This document shows, piece by piece, positions 16,393-25,606 of a stretch of DNA of 39,550 bases. The position numbers and the translations under genes were made by a program. Source of the stretch: an uncultured archaeon. GTDB lineage: Archaea; Iainarchaeota; Iainarchaeia; Iainarchaeales; CSSED10-239. The notes beneath the pieces were generated by a model, which saw only the letters and a list, made by a program, of their open reading frames with translations, made no database searches and had not been told where the DNA came from. The stretch is from positions 1-39,550 of the forward strand of contig CAZGLB010000001.1 in the NCBI GenBank assembly GCA_964526365.1, in the 5' to 3' direction. Position 1 is the first letter of the stretch, and the number at the start of each line of letters is the position of its first letter.

Positions 16393-19300
16393 ATGAAGTG
16401 GCATATCTTTGTTTGCGTGCTTGTGCTTGTACTTTTTAGCGGTTGCCTTGACATAATTACAACAAAACAAAAACAGCTTTGTCTTTCTGCAACGGATTTT
16501 TCAAAAACTAGCATATATGATTGTAATGGTTTTTCTAATTGTTTTAAGAAAATAAATAATTCCGGGATAGTCGTTTTTGAGGATGTGCCTTTTGAAACTA
16601 AAAATAAGATTCTAACTTATAAAAATAATGTTTCAAGTAGCGTTTATTATTTTAACAAAGCAGAAACAGAAATACAAAAAATTTATAATTTTTGTTCAGG
16701 AGAGAAAGACCTAAAAATTATAGAAAATATAAATAAATTGACTTTTTATATCTCTAGAATATTTAATTATCAGGATCTTTCTTGGCAAAAAAGTATAGAG
16801 ATATTAAAAGATTACGCTATATATTTGAAAAATAACGGTATTGAAGAAATAACAGAAGAAGAGATATATAGCGACTTTATTTTGATAAATGAAAACCTTA
16901 ATGAACTTAGAAGCGAGACTGTCGAGAGTAAAACCTATATTGCGCTATTAAAAACAGAAGCAAAAAACGCAAAAGAATTAGCTAGCGATTTTGGGTTTTT
17001 GAAAAGTTATATGTCAAATATTAATTATGTTGATGTTTATGCATATTATTCTAATTATATTGAAAATCCAGAACAAGAATTAAAGATACCAGTAATCTCT
17101 AAATCTAGTGATTATGTGTTTTCTAAACTGTCCGCTTTTGAGAATTTTAGAAAAATAAATAAGAGTCTTTCAAGAACTGACAACTATAATCTGTATATTT
17201 TGTTTGACAAACATATTGGCACTAATGATTCTTTATTTACTAGGTTTGTTGCTTTAAATAATAAAATAAATTCCGATCTAAATCTGGTTTTTACAAAAAT
17301 TAATGAAAGCGAAAAAAACATAGAAAGTAATTTTGAGATTCTTGACAACGAAAAGATTCAAGAATATCAGAAATATAAACTAGAATATACAAAAAAAGAA
17401 ATTGGTTTTGGATATTATCTAGCTAAACTTAAAGCCCTCGAAGCAGAAATGGAAACCACGGGTGTTACGTTTTTAGAAAAAGAAAATTATCAAAACAAAC
17501 AACTAGAAGAATGCTTAGAAATTATAACTGCGGCAAACGGCTATAATAATAGATTTTTTAGTGACTTAGTATCTGAATTTAAATTCGAAGAAAATATAAA
17601 CGCGAAATTAAATATCTGCCAAAAATTAAAAACCGCAATAAATAACGAGAATTGTTTTTTAGATTTAGAAAAACTAATTACTGCTGGGGTTATAGAAAAC
17701 ACAAATATTAGCGCGCAAGAAGAGTGTATAGACTTATTAAATCAATTAAATTACAATCTTAAAAATTCGGAAAAAATCTTGTTGTATTTTGAAATATTAG
17801 AAGGGGCAGGAAATACATTAAAAAATTTAAAAAATATCGACATCGACCTTGAATTGCAAATACAGATTCTAGAATTTGAGGAAATGATAGAAAAATACAA
17901 AAACAAAAAAAACTACGAAATAATTTTAGAAATAAATAAATATCTTGCAGAGTTACAAAAAATAAATGCAGAATTAAATGCGCTTTGGAACACGAAACTG
18001 ATTGCACTTCTTTCTAAAAATTCTTTGATTGTTTATGATAACGGATTTTATTTTTTAGAGGTTTTTAATCCAGGAAACCCAGAAGAATATATTTGCTTTA
18101 GGCCAAGAGACATTAATTTGGCAACCTTGACAAGCAACACAGGAAATCTAAAAATTGCTTTTGCAGAGCTTTGTGTGGAGGGGCTGGGGCCAGGGAAAAA
18201 TCGCTTTAGTGTAGAATATAAGAACAATAGAAAAATAACAACTAAAATCATAACCTTAAGCACAGACCGCTCGTTATTAGAAACGGTAATCAAAAATGAA
18301 GTTATTGGAATAAAAGATTCACTAAATCTTGGACACGCCGAACTTGCAGTATCCCAAAACTATGTATTACTGCCAACAGGGGAAATATCTTATATTACTC
18401 AAAAAGAAAACAAAATCCTTTATTATTTAAAAATCTTGGAAAAAACAAATATTGAAAATCGCGCAGAGATTTTTGAAGGAGTTATAACGACAACTAAAAA
18501 ATTTAAATTAAAAAACACGTATTCTCAAAAAGCCTGCGGCGTTTTAGCCTTAGAGGCTTGTGAAGATTGTGCAGCTAAGCTTTTTATTAACGGGGTTACT
18601 ACAACCATTGATTTTTATAGTAACTTTGATTTTATTAGCACAAATCTTTGTTTTGAAGACGAAGAAGAAAAAGTTATAGAAATTAATTATTTGCAAGATC
18701 TAGAAACTATAAATTCGATAATTGACGATCTGCTTGTAAGAATCAATAAACTAAATAACTCTGATTTTGAAAAAATTTCTCAAAACAGCAAAACTGCATT
18801 TTCTGAGATTTATAGCAAGCTTATTGTAAAAGACTTTTTTGAATATGAAGACATCTTATTAGCGTTATCTCTAGAAGATAAAATTGAAGAGTTGGAAAAA
18901 GAACAAAAAAAATATCAAAACGCATTTGACAATACAAATTTGTTGCTTTCAAAAATTATAGATTCTAATTTGGGAAATATAGACCCCGAAGAACTAAAGA
19001 ATATCGAGAAAATAAATTTAACAAACCCCCTTGAAGCACTAAAATTAGCAACCGAGCTAAACAACAGATTGCAAAATAAACAGGAATTTTCTGTGCCTGA
19101 AAACATTAAACAAAAAATTGCAAATTTAACTGACATGGCAAAAATGGCAGGCCTTTATGATGATCGCTTACAACATAAATTTTCAGAAATTAGCTTAAAT
19201 GAAAACACAGATATTAACCTAGAGCTTATTGAAAACGAAATTACAGAAAAAATTAAACAAAAAACAAAAGAGGCCTATGATTTTGTGATATATTTTAAAG

Positions 19301-19911
19301 AAACAGATGTGCGAGAAGTTTATAGGCTTTTAGATGAGCTAACTTGGGTTTATTCTGATATAGAACTTAAAGAATTATATGCAGTAAAATACTACCCTTC
19401 AATTTCTTTAGATGACGGAATAAGGCTAAAGAAAAAATTAAGTTATATAGACACTATTGGATTTAAAGAAGCAAGTACTGGATTTTTAACAGCTTATAAT
19501 TCTTTAGATTACTATTCTGCTTTAAAAAAAATAGACATTACAGCCCTTGAAAGATTAAAAGATCTAAATACAGAAATTACGTTAGTTGAGAAGGGGCTTT
19601 TAAATTTTAGAAATGACGCAAACACAGATATCGCAAAACTTTTAAATTCCAAGATTTCAAAGAATTCCGAAAATAAAGTCAGGGTTGCGGCAATAAAAAA
19701 AGATTATGAAAATAAAAAATATCTTATAGTTATTAGGGATTCTAGAAAGCTATTAAGCAATACTACTAAAAACATAAAAATAAACTATCAAGTTATAGTA
19801 ATGTCTGGATTTTTCTTGATTGTGGGCGTCTTAGCGGTTGTATTTAAAACAAAGGCACCAAAAAAATTAAGTAAAGAAGAGAAAAAACAGAAGATTTTAA
19901 GACATTATTGA
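16393..19911 (+). CDS. giant (about 1170 aa) surface protein with a lipobox-like signal peptide and C-terminal TM anchor
   Basis: MKWHIFVCVLVLVLFSGC signal with Cys. A long N/K/E/I-rich helical ectodomain. C-terminal TM VIVMSGFFLIVGVLAVVF followed by the basic tail KTKAPKKLSKEEKKQK. The start was moved from TTG 16369 to ATG 16393. Confidence 0.6.
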   Translation: MKWHIFVCVLVLVLFSGCLDIITTKQKQLCLSATDFSKTSIYDCNGFSNCFKKINNSGIVVFEDVPFETKNKILTYKNNVSSSVYYFNKAETEIQKIYNFCSGEKDLKIIENINKLTFYISRIFNYQDLSWQKSIEILKDYAIYLKNNGIEEITEEEIYSDFILINENLNELRSETVESKTYIALLKTEAKNAKELASDFGFLKSYMSNINYVDVYAYYSNYIENPEQELKIPVISKSSDYVFSKLSAFENFRKINKSLSRTDNYNLYILFDKHIGTNDSLFTRFVALNNKINSDLNLVFTKINESEKNIESNFEILDNEKIQEYQKYKLEYTKKEIGFGYYLAKLKALEAEMETTGVTFLEKENYQNKQLEECLEIITAANGYNNRFFSDLVSEFKFEENINAKLNICQKLKTAINNENCFLDLEKLITAGVIENTNISAQEECIDLLNQLNYNLKNSEKILLYFEILEGAGNTLKNLKNIDIDLELQIQILEFEEMIEKYKNKKNYEIILEINKYLAELQKINAELNALWNTKLIALLSKNSLIVYDNGFYFLEVFNPGNPEEYICFRPRDINLATLTSNTGNLKIAFAELCVEGLGPGKNRFSVEYKNNRKITTKIITLSTDRSLLETVIKNEVIGIKDSLNLGHAELAVSQNYVLLPTGEISYITQKENKILYYLKILEKTNIENRAEIFEGVITTTKKFKLKNTYSQKACGVLALEACEDCAAKLFINGVTTTIDFYSNFDFISTNLCFEDEEEKVIEINYLQDLETINSIIDDLLVRINKLNNSDFEKISQNSKTAFSEIYSKLIVKDFFEYEDILLALSLEDKIEELEKEQKKYQNAFDNTNLLLSKIIDSNLGNIDPEELKNIEKINLTNPLEALKLATELNNRLQNKQEFSVPENIKQKIANLTDMAKMAGLYDDRLQHKFSEISLNENTDINLELIENEITEKIKQKTKEAYDFVIYFKETDVREVYRLLDELTWVYSDIELKELYAVKYYPSISLDDGIRLKKKLSYIDTIGFKEASTGFLTAYNSLDYYSALKKIDITALERLKDLNTEITLVEKGLLNFRNDANTDIAKLLNSKISKNSENKVRVAAIKKDYENKKYLIVIRDSRKLLSNTTKNIKINYQVIVMSGFFLIVGVLAVVFKTKAPKKLSKEEKKQKILRHY

Positions 19912-19967
19912 CTTTTTTTAAATGTTTTTTAGCTTTTTCTTAAAAGTAAGATATTTAAATAAAATGC

Positions 19968-19982
19968 TATATATTATATATA
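19968..19982. promoter_or_regulatory. TA-alternating promoter-region motif TATATATTATATATA
   Basis: Identical 15-mer to 13121..13135. It ends 13 nt before the ATG at 19995, so its 5' half sits near -27 of a leaderless start. Confidence 0.35.
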
Positions 19983-19994
19983 AATGTGATAAAT

Positions 19995-21161
19995 ATGTAT
20001 AAACGAATACTCTTAATTTTAATGGTTATTTTAACAGCTAGTTTTGTAAGCGCAGAAACGATTGCAGAATCTACTTTTGAAAATCTGGGTTATAGTAATT
20101 TTTCGGTTTTGGAAGGCACAGAATCTTGTAAGGTGCTTGATTTTGGATATCTAGAGCAAACCGCAGATAGTAGAACTTATCTTAATTTAATTATAGAAAA
20201 CTATATTCCTATTAAAGAAAATGTAACAATTAATGTTTTTTTAAATGACAAATTGAATAATAATATCTATGGGGCAGACATAAAAAAAGAAAATAGAATT
20301 GAACTTTCCGGAGTATTAAAAGAGAAAAATCAATTAAAGGTTTGCATAAATAATAAAAATTTACCAAATATCATTGTTTCAAATGCAAGCACTATTGGTA
20401 GTTATCTTTTAGGAGAGATAAGACCAGAAGATTTCTATATTAGAGTTTTAACAGAAAACACTTACAGTAACACTTTATTGCCTATAGATATTTATGCAGA
20501 AAACAATAGCCCAAAGGCTGTAAATGTTTCTATAAATTATGCTAATGAAACCTTTTTGAAAATCTCAAATCTTGAAACCGTTTCTGGAGAAACCAGCTAT
20601 ACTGGAGTAATTGAACCAGGGGAAATAAAGATATTAAAATATTATTTAAAAACTAATAAAAACATCAGCTTTGGCTCGCCTTTAGCAACTCTGACATATG
20701 TTACTAATTTTGGAGAAACAAAAACTTTAACTTCTGCTCAACAAGTAATAAATATGAAAGAAAATTTAGAAAAGTTAGAAGTGTATGTTGATATAGAAAG
20801 AAATGTTAATGTTGATGAACAGCAAGAAGGAAAAATAATTATTAGAAATGTATCAGAAGATGATTTAAAGAACCTAACTATAGAAACTAGTTTTGACAAT
20901 AAAGTGGTATTATCTAATAGACAAATAAACACATTAAAAAAATATGAAGTTTTAGAAATACCGTTTCAAACAACAATCGATTCTATAGGAGCGCACGTCT
21001 TTAATGCCAAGGTGTATTACAATATTGGCGGAATAGAAAACGGAGTTAGCGCAGAATCAACAACAATAACTGCAAGTCTTAAAACCGATCACGTAAAAGA
21101 AATAATTGGCGTATTTTTATTTATTACAATTATTGTATATATCTGGATTGTTAGATTTTAA
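19995..21161 (+). CDS. surface protein with signal peptide and C-terminal TM anchor
   Basis: Signal peptide MYKRILLILMVILTASFVSA, a beta-rich body with CARDB-like stretches, and a C-terminal TM IIGVFLFITIIVYIWIV. The start was moved from GTG 19986 to the ATG. Confidence 0.55.
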   Translation: MYKRILLILMVILTASFVSAETIAESTFENLGYSNFSVLEGTESCKVLDFGYLEQTADSRTYLNLIIENYIPIKENVTINVFLNDKLNNNIYGADIKKENRIELSGVLKEKNQLKVCINNKNLPNIIVSNASTIGSYLLGEIRPEDFYIRVLTENTYSNTLLPIDIYAENNSPKAVNVSINYANETFLKISNLETVSGETSYTGVIEPGEIKILKYYLKTNKNISFGSPLATLTYVTNFGETKTLTSAQQVINMKENLEKLEVYVDIERNVNVDEQQEGKIIIRNVSEDDLKNLTIETSFDNKVVLSNRQINTLKKYEVLEIPFQTTIDSIGAHVFNAKVYYNIGGIENGVSAESTTITASLKTDHVKEIIGVFLFITIIVYIWIVRF

Positions 21162-22858
21162 ACAATCCTTTTAAACATTTTTTCTAGTTCTTGTTTGTTT
21201 AGTAAAATATATGTTGGCCTGCCATGTGCACAAATTTTATTATCTTTGCATTTATTTAGCTCAGCTATTAATGAATTGATTTGAGAAATGCTTAAAGCCT
21301 CGTTTGCTTTTATTGATTCTTTACAGGATTTTAATTTTAAAATTTTATCTTTTATTCTTGCTATATTAAATTCTTCTGTTTCTTCAATCTCGTCTAACAT
21401 ATCTAAAAAGAATGAATAATCAAAATAATATTCTAAAAACTCAGGGATAGTCTCTAAAAATATTTCTCTATTGGAAATTTTTATTTTAAAACCTAAATTT
21501 TCCAATAACGTTTTATTTTTTGAAATAAACTCTTTTTGAGAATCGTTTATAAAATCTAGTTTCTTTGGAAAAACAAGTGTTTGAATCTTAAATTCGCTTT
21601 CATAAAGATGTCTGTTTTTTTCTAGATTTACTCTCTCTTCTGCTGCGTGTTGGTCTATCAGTAATAGCCCTTCTTGCGTTTTACATACTATAAAAGTATC
21701 AAATAATTGCCCTACAATTTCTCTAATCTCAAACTTATCTAAATAGATGTTTGTTAATTTTTTTTCTGCTAATGGGGTCTGGACACCTTTATCTGGAACG
21801 TAATCTACGACTTTTTTTGGTTCTTTAATGTTTGAGACAGAATTTTCAATCACTCCAAGAGTTTCATAAATACTTTTTGTTTGCGATACTGTCTTGTTGC
21901 TTTTTGGAAATAAAATTTCTTCAATTACTTGTTTTAATTGATTAAAAAACAACATTTCGTTTTGTATTTTTATTTGCCTTTTTTTGGGATGTATATTTAC
22001 ATCTATGGTTTTAGGATCTAAATCTATAAATAATACAAAAAACGGCCTTTGTTGTACCATTAAATAATCTTTATAACACTTAGATATGGCTTTTGTAATC
22101 TGTGTGCTATAGACTGGCCGCTTGTTAATGTAAATATAGTTGTTTGGATAAGAAAAATAACTATCTGGCCTTGTTATTATACCAGAAATATTAAAAAAAT
22201 CAGATTTGATATCAAAGGTTTTGGTTTTTGAAATAACCTCTTGGCCAAAAACTTGAAGATATCTGCTTTCTCTAGTTGCACTTGAAAATACTTCTGTTTT
22301 CTTTTCAGAAATAAACTGAAATCTAATTTCAGGATATTGTATAACAAATTCTAAGAAAGTATTATACAACTTAGAAAACTCTTGCGCCCGAGACTTTAGA
22401 AACTTTTTTCTAACTGGCACATTATAGAAAATATCATTAACGCTTATGGTTGTGCCTTTTTGGGAAGTAATTGGAGAAATAATGTTTTCTTTTAGAATAA
22501 AACCTTTGCCCTCTGTAGCGGTGTTTGTTTTTATTTCCATTTTAGAAATGGCATTTATGCTTGCTAAAGCTTCGCCTCTAAAACCAAAAGTATCTAAAGA
22601 AAAAAGATCATCAATTTCTTTCAATTTGCTGGTTGTGTGTCTTTGCGTACAAATTTCTAAATCTTCTTTTGAAATTCCTGTACCGTTATCTTTTATTTCT
22701 AATAATTCTATACCACTAGATTTTATTTTTAGCGTAATCTCTGTTGCGTCAGCATCAATTGCGTTTTCTAGTAGTTCCTTTAAAATATCGCTGGGAGATT
22801 CTATTACTTCTCCTGCACTTATCAAATTTATTGTTTCTTGACTTAATTTTTTTATCAT
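21158..22858 (-). CDS. mutL: DNA mismatch repair protein MutL (endonuclease-type)
   Basis: N-terminal GHKL ATPase (LISAGEVIESPSDILKELLENAIDA, DNGTGI, FGFRGEAL). C-terminal endonuclease motif DQHAAEERVNLE and CAHGRPT. Confidence 0.9.
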   Translation of the reverse strand: MIKKLSQETINLISAGEVIESPSDILKELLENAIDADATEITLKIKSSGIELLEIKDNGTGISKEDLEICTQRHTTSKLKEIDDLFSLDTFGFRGEALASINAISKMEIKTNTATEGKGFILKENIISPITSQKGTTISVNDIFYNVPVRKKFLKSRAQEFSKLYNTFLEFVIQYPEIRFQFISEKKTEVFSSATRESRYLQVFGQEVISKTKTFDIKSDFFNISGIITRPDSYFSYPNNYIYINKRPVYSTQITKAISKCYKDYLMVQQRPFFVLFIDLDPKTIDVNIHPKKRQIKIQNEMLFFNQLKQVIEEILFPKSNKTVSQTKSIYETLGVIENSVSNIKEPKKVVDYVPDKGVQTPLAEKKLTNIYLDKFEIREIVGQLFDTFIVCKTQEGLLLIDQHAAEERVNLEKNRHLYESEFKIQTLVFPKKLDFINDSQKEFISKNKTLLENLGFKIKISNREIFLETIPEFLEYYFDYSFFLDMLDEIEETEEFNIARIKDKILKLKSCKESIKANEALSISQINSLIAELNKCKDNKICAHGRPTYILLNKQELEKMFKRIV

Positions 22859-22873
22859 TTTTTTACCAGTTTA

Positions 22874-25270
22874 TTATTTAAGAAAAGAATCATTTTCTAA
22901 ATCTTTTTGAATGGATAGCGCTTTATCAATAATTTCTTTGTTTATTCCGGCTAACCTCGCAACTTGTATTCCGTAACTTTTATTTATTCCGCCTTTTTGT
23001 AGTTTGTGATAGAAATGAAGATTATCTCCCTCTTCTTTTGCAGTAACGTGATAATTGTTTATTCCTGAATATAGTGCTTCCATTTTGTTTAAGATGTGAT
23101 AATGGGTTGCAATAAGAGTTTTACATTTAATATTATTATTAAGATACTCTACTATTGACCAAGCAATACTAATACCATCAAATGTGCTTGTGCCTCTGCC
23201 AAGTTCATCTAAAATAACTACGCTGTATTTTGTTGCATTATTTAAAATATATGAAACTTCTGCCATCTCTACTAAAAAAGTACTTTGGCCGTGAATGATG
23301 TCGTCAGAGGCGCCAACTCTCGTAAAAATTGCATCGACTTTGCCTATTTTAATATAATCTGCTGGAACAAAACAACCGGTGTGTCCAAGAATTAGTGCAA
23401 GACACACGCTTCGCATATAGCTGCTTTTTCCTGCCATGTTCGGGCCGGTAATAATCATGGTTTTTGAATCTAAATTCAAAAGACAATCATTTGGAATAAA
23501 ATCTGTTTGTTGCTCTATTAACGGATGTCTTAAATTTTTTATATCAATGGTATCATTATCATCTAATTCTGGCATACTGTAATTATTTTTATTACTGGTG
23601 TATGCAAAACTATATAACTCGTCTAATTGCCCTATCGCTTTTGCGTTTTCTCTTATTTGCTCTTGATATTTTAGAATTTCTTTACAAACATCTAAAAATA
23701 AAGAATACTCTAATTCTTCTCTTCTTTCTTTTGCATGCATTACCAAAGATTCTTTTTCGCTTAGTTCTAGAGTGGTGTACCTTTCACAATTAACAAGCGT
23801 TTGTTTTCTTTCTAGATAATCAGGCAAATTATTAGTTTGCGCTTTTGGAATCTCTATGTAATAACCAAATATTTTATTAAACTTTAATTTTAAAGACTTT
23901 ATATTTGTTTTTTGTTTTAAATCTGCCTCATATTCTTGTAACCAAACATTTGTGGTTTTATTTATGTGCACAATATCGTATAGTTCTTTAGAATAATTCG
24001 ATTTAATAAAACCGCCTTCTCTTATGCTTAGTGGCGGAGAGTCGACAATTGCAGAAGATATTAAATCTACAATTTTATCTAAAGTCAAAAGCTCTTTTCT
24101 AATGTCTTGTAATTTTTCTGAATTGGTATCAAGAAGCGTGGTTTTAATTTGTGGTAAAATCTCAAGACTTTGTTTTAAAGAAATTAGATCTCGAGGATTA
24201 CAATTTCCAAAACCGATTTTACTAATTATTTTTTCTAAATCGCCTATATATGCTAATTTCTGATTCAATTCTTCTTGTAAAAATGGATTTTCTTTTATTT
24301 CTTTTACTGCCTTATTAAGTAAAACAATTTCTGCTTTGTCTTCTATGGGATGAAGTATATCAAAATATAATCTTCTATAGCCCTGCGCGGTTTTTGTGTT
24401 GTTTATGATTGAAAACAAACTATTTTCGGTAGTTCCATTTTTTAAATTATTAACCACTTCTAAATTTGCAGCAGTTTTTCTATCTATCTTAAGATATTTG
24501 CTTTGAGAATATTTTTTTATATTAGCGATATAGCTCAATTCTGTAAACTGCGTATCTTTTAGATATTTTAGAGCATTATAACTAGAAATAAAAGTTTCTT
24601 CTTTATCTATGCCAAAAGAAGAAAATGAAACTCCAAAATGAGTTAATAGTTTTTCTCTAGAAAGAATATAATCTAAATTGTCTGTATAATTAATTATGAC
24701 GTTAGGAATTGTCTTTTTTAATAAATTTATTTGATTTTTATCATCTAAGATGTTTTTTGTAATTATTAATTCTTTTGGCTTTATTAGAGATAATTCGTTA
24801 AGTAATTCATTAAATGTCTCAAACTCTCCTGCTTTAAATTCTCCTGTGGTTATATCAATAACAGAAAAGCCGTAATTGTCTTTTAATCTAGATAAAGAAC
24901 ACAAAAAATTATTATCATAGTTTTCTGAAAAAATTGTGCTTGGAGTAATAATTCTTGTAACTGCTCTTTTTACAAGTCCTTTAGCAAACTTTGGATCTTC
25001 TATCTGCTCACAAATAACTACTTTTTTTCCTGCTTTTATTAATTTAGAAACATAAGGATCTAGGGCATGATAAGGAATTCCTGCAAGAGGTGCTTCGGTC
25101 TCTCCTTTGCCTCTTTTTGTTAAAGTAATATTTAGTATTACTGAGGCAAGCTTTGCGTCATCATAGAACATTTCATAGAAATCTCCTGCCCTAAATAGCA
25201 ATATGCCATCAGGAAAAACTTTTTTTGTCTCCAGATATTGTTTCATCATTGGGGTTAGGATTCTATTCAT
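22874..25270 (-). CDS. mutS: DNA mismatch repair protein MutS (bacterial MutS1 type)
   Basis: TPMMKQY, mismatch-binding GDFYEMF, Walker A GPNMAGKSS, DELGRGTST and THYH. The start was set at ATG 25270 because the track extension to 25324 runs into tRNA-Phe. Confidence 0.93.
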   Translation of the reverse strand: MNRILTPMMKQYLETKKVFPDGILLFRAGDFYEMFYDDAKLASVILNITLTKRGKGETEAPLAGIPYHALDPYVSKLIKAGKKVVICEQIEDPKFAKGLVKRAVTRIITPSTIFSENYDNNFLCSLSRLKDNYGFSVIDITTGEFKAGEFETFNELLNELSLIKPKELIITKNILDDKNQINLLKKTIPNVIINYTDNLDYILSREKLLTHFGVSFSSFGIDKEETFISSYNALKYLKDTQFTELSYIANIKKYSQSKYLKIDRKTAANLEVVNNLKNGTTENSLFSIINNTKTAQGYRRLYFDILHPIEDKAEIVLLNKAVKEIKENPFLQEELNQKLAYIGDLEKIISKIGFGNCNPRDLISLKQSLEILPQIKTTLLDTNSEKLQDIRKELLTLDKIVDLISSAIVDSPPLSIREGGFIKSNYSKELYDIVHINKTTNVWLQEYEADLKQKTNIKSLKLKFNKIFGYYIEIPKAQTNNLPDYLERKQTLVNCERYTTLELSEKESLVMHAKERREELEYSLFLDVCKEILKYQEQIRENAKAIGQLDELYSFAYTSNKNNYSMPELDDNDTIDIKNLRHPLIEQQTDFIPNDCLLNLDSKTMIITGPNMAGKSSYMRSVCLALILGHTGCFVPADYIKIGKVDAIFTRVGASDDIIHGQSTFLVEMAEVSYILNNATKYSVVILDELGRGTSTFDGISIAWSIVEYLNNNIKCKTLIATHYHILNKMEALYSGINNYHVTAKEEGDNLHFYHKLQKGGINKSYGIQVARLAGINKEIIDKALSIQKDLENDSFLK

Positions 25271-25299
25271 AACTTCTGGGCCCTTAAAATTAGTAAATA

Positions 25300-25373
25300 T
25301 GGGACTGATGGGATTTGGACCCACGACACATAGGTCTTCAGCCTATTGCTCTCCCAGGCTGAGCTACGATCTC
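25300..25373 (-). tRNA. tRNA-Phe (GAA), atypical
   Basis: Cloverleaf read by hand: GAGAUCG UA GCUC AGCCUGGGA GAGC A AUAGG CUGAAGA CCUAU GUGUC GUGGG UCCAAAU CCCAU CAGUCCC A. Anticodon GAA. The acceptor stem has A2.C71 and C6.A67 mismatches, and the T-loop reads UCC instead of UUC. No encoded CCA. Confidence 0.7.
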
Positions 25374-25385
25374 ATAAGAGAAATT

Positions 25386-25459
25386 TGAGCCCGATGGGAT
25401 TTGAACCCACGACACCAAGATTAAGAGTCTTGTGCTCTACCAAGCTGAGCTACGAGCCC
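25386..25459 (-). tRNA. tRNA-Lys (CUU)
   Basis: GGGCUCG UA GCUC AGCUUGGUA GAGC A CAAGA CUCUUAA UCUUG GUGUC GUGGG UUCAAAU CCCAU CGGGCUC A. All stems pair (two G.U). No encoded CCA. Confidence 0.9.
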
Positions 25460-25473
25460 AAACTATATTATTT

Positions 25474-25547
25474 TGAACCTGGAGGGATTTGAACCCTCGA
25501 CACCGGGATTAAAAGTCCCGTGCTCTACCAAGCTGAGCTACAGATCC
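25474..25547 (-). tRNA. tRNA-Lys (UUU)
   Basis: GGAUCUG UA GCUC AGCUUGGUA GAGC A CGGGA CUUUUAA UCCCG GUGUC GAGGG UUCAAAU CCCUC CAGGUUC A. All stems pair. No encoded CCA. Confidence 0.9.
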
Positions 25548-25606
25548 ATTCACTAAAATTCTTACTGGTCGAAATATATATAATTAAATTAGTGTATATA
25601 ATATTT

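Noticed and set aside
22446-24263. Antisense ORFs inside mutL and mutS (22446..22841, 23602..23793, 24024..24263).
   Set aside because: These are shadow frames of well-supported genes, with low-complexity hydrophobic translations.
25203-25388. Plus-strand 61-aa ORF, and the N-terminal extension of mutS (25271..25324), running across tRNA-Phe.
   Set aside because: Both overlap a tRNA gene. The mutS homology starts at MNRILTPMMKQY (ATG 25270), and the extension begins at a GTG.
25520-25606. Track start of the trm56 ORF upstream of the conserved N-terminus.
   Set aside because: It overlaps tRNA-Lys(UUU) on the other strand. aTrm56 homology begins right after the ATG at 25607.
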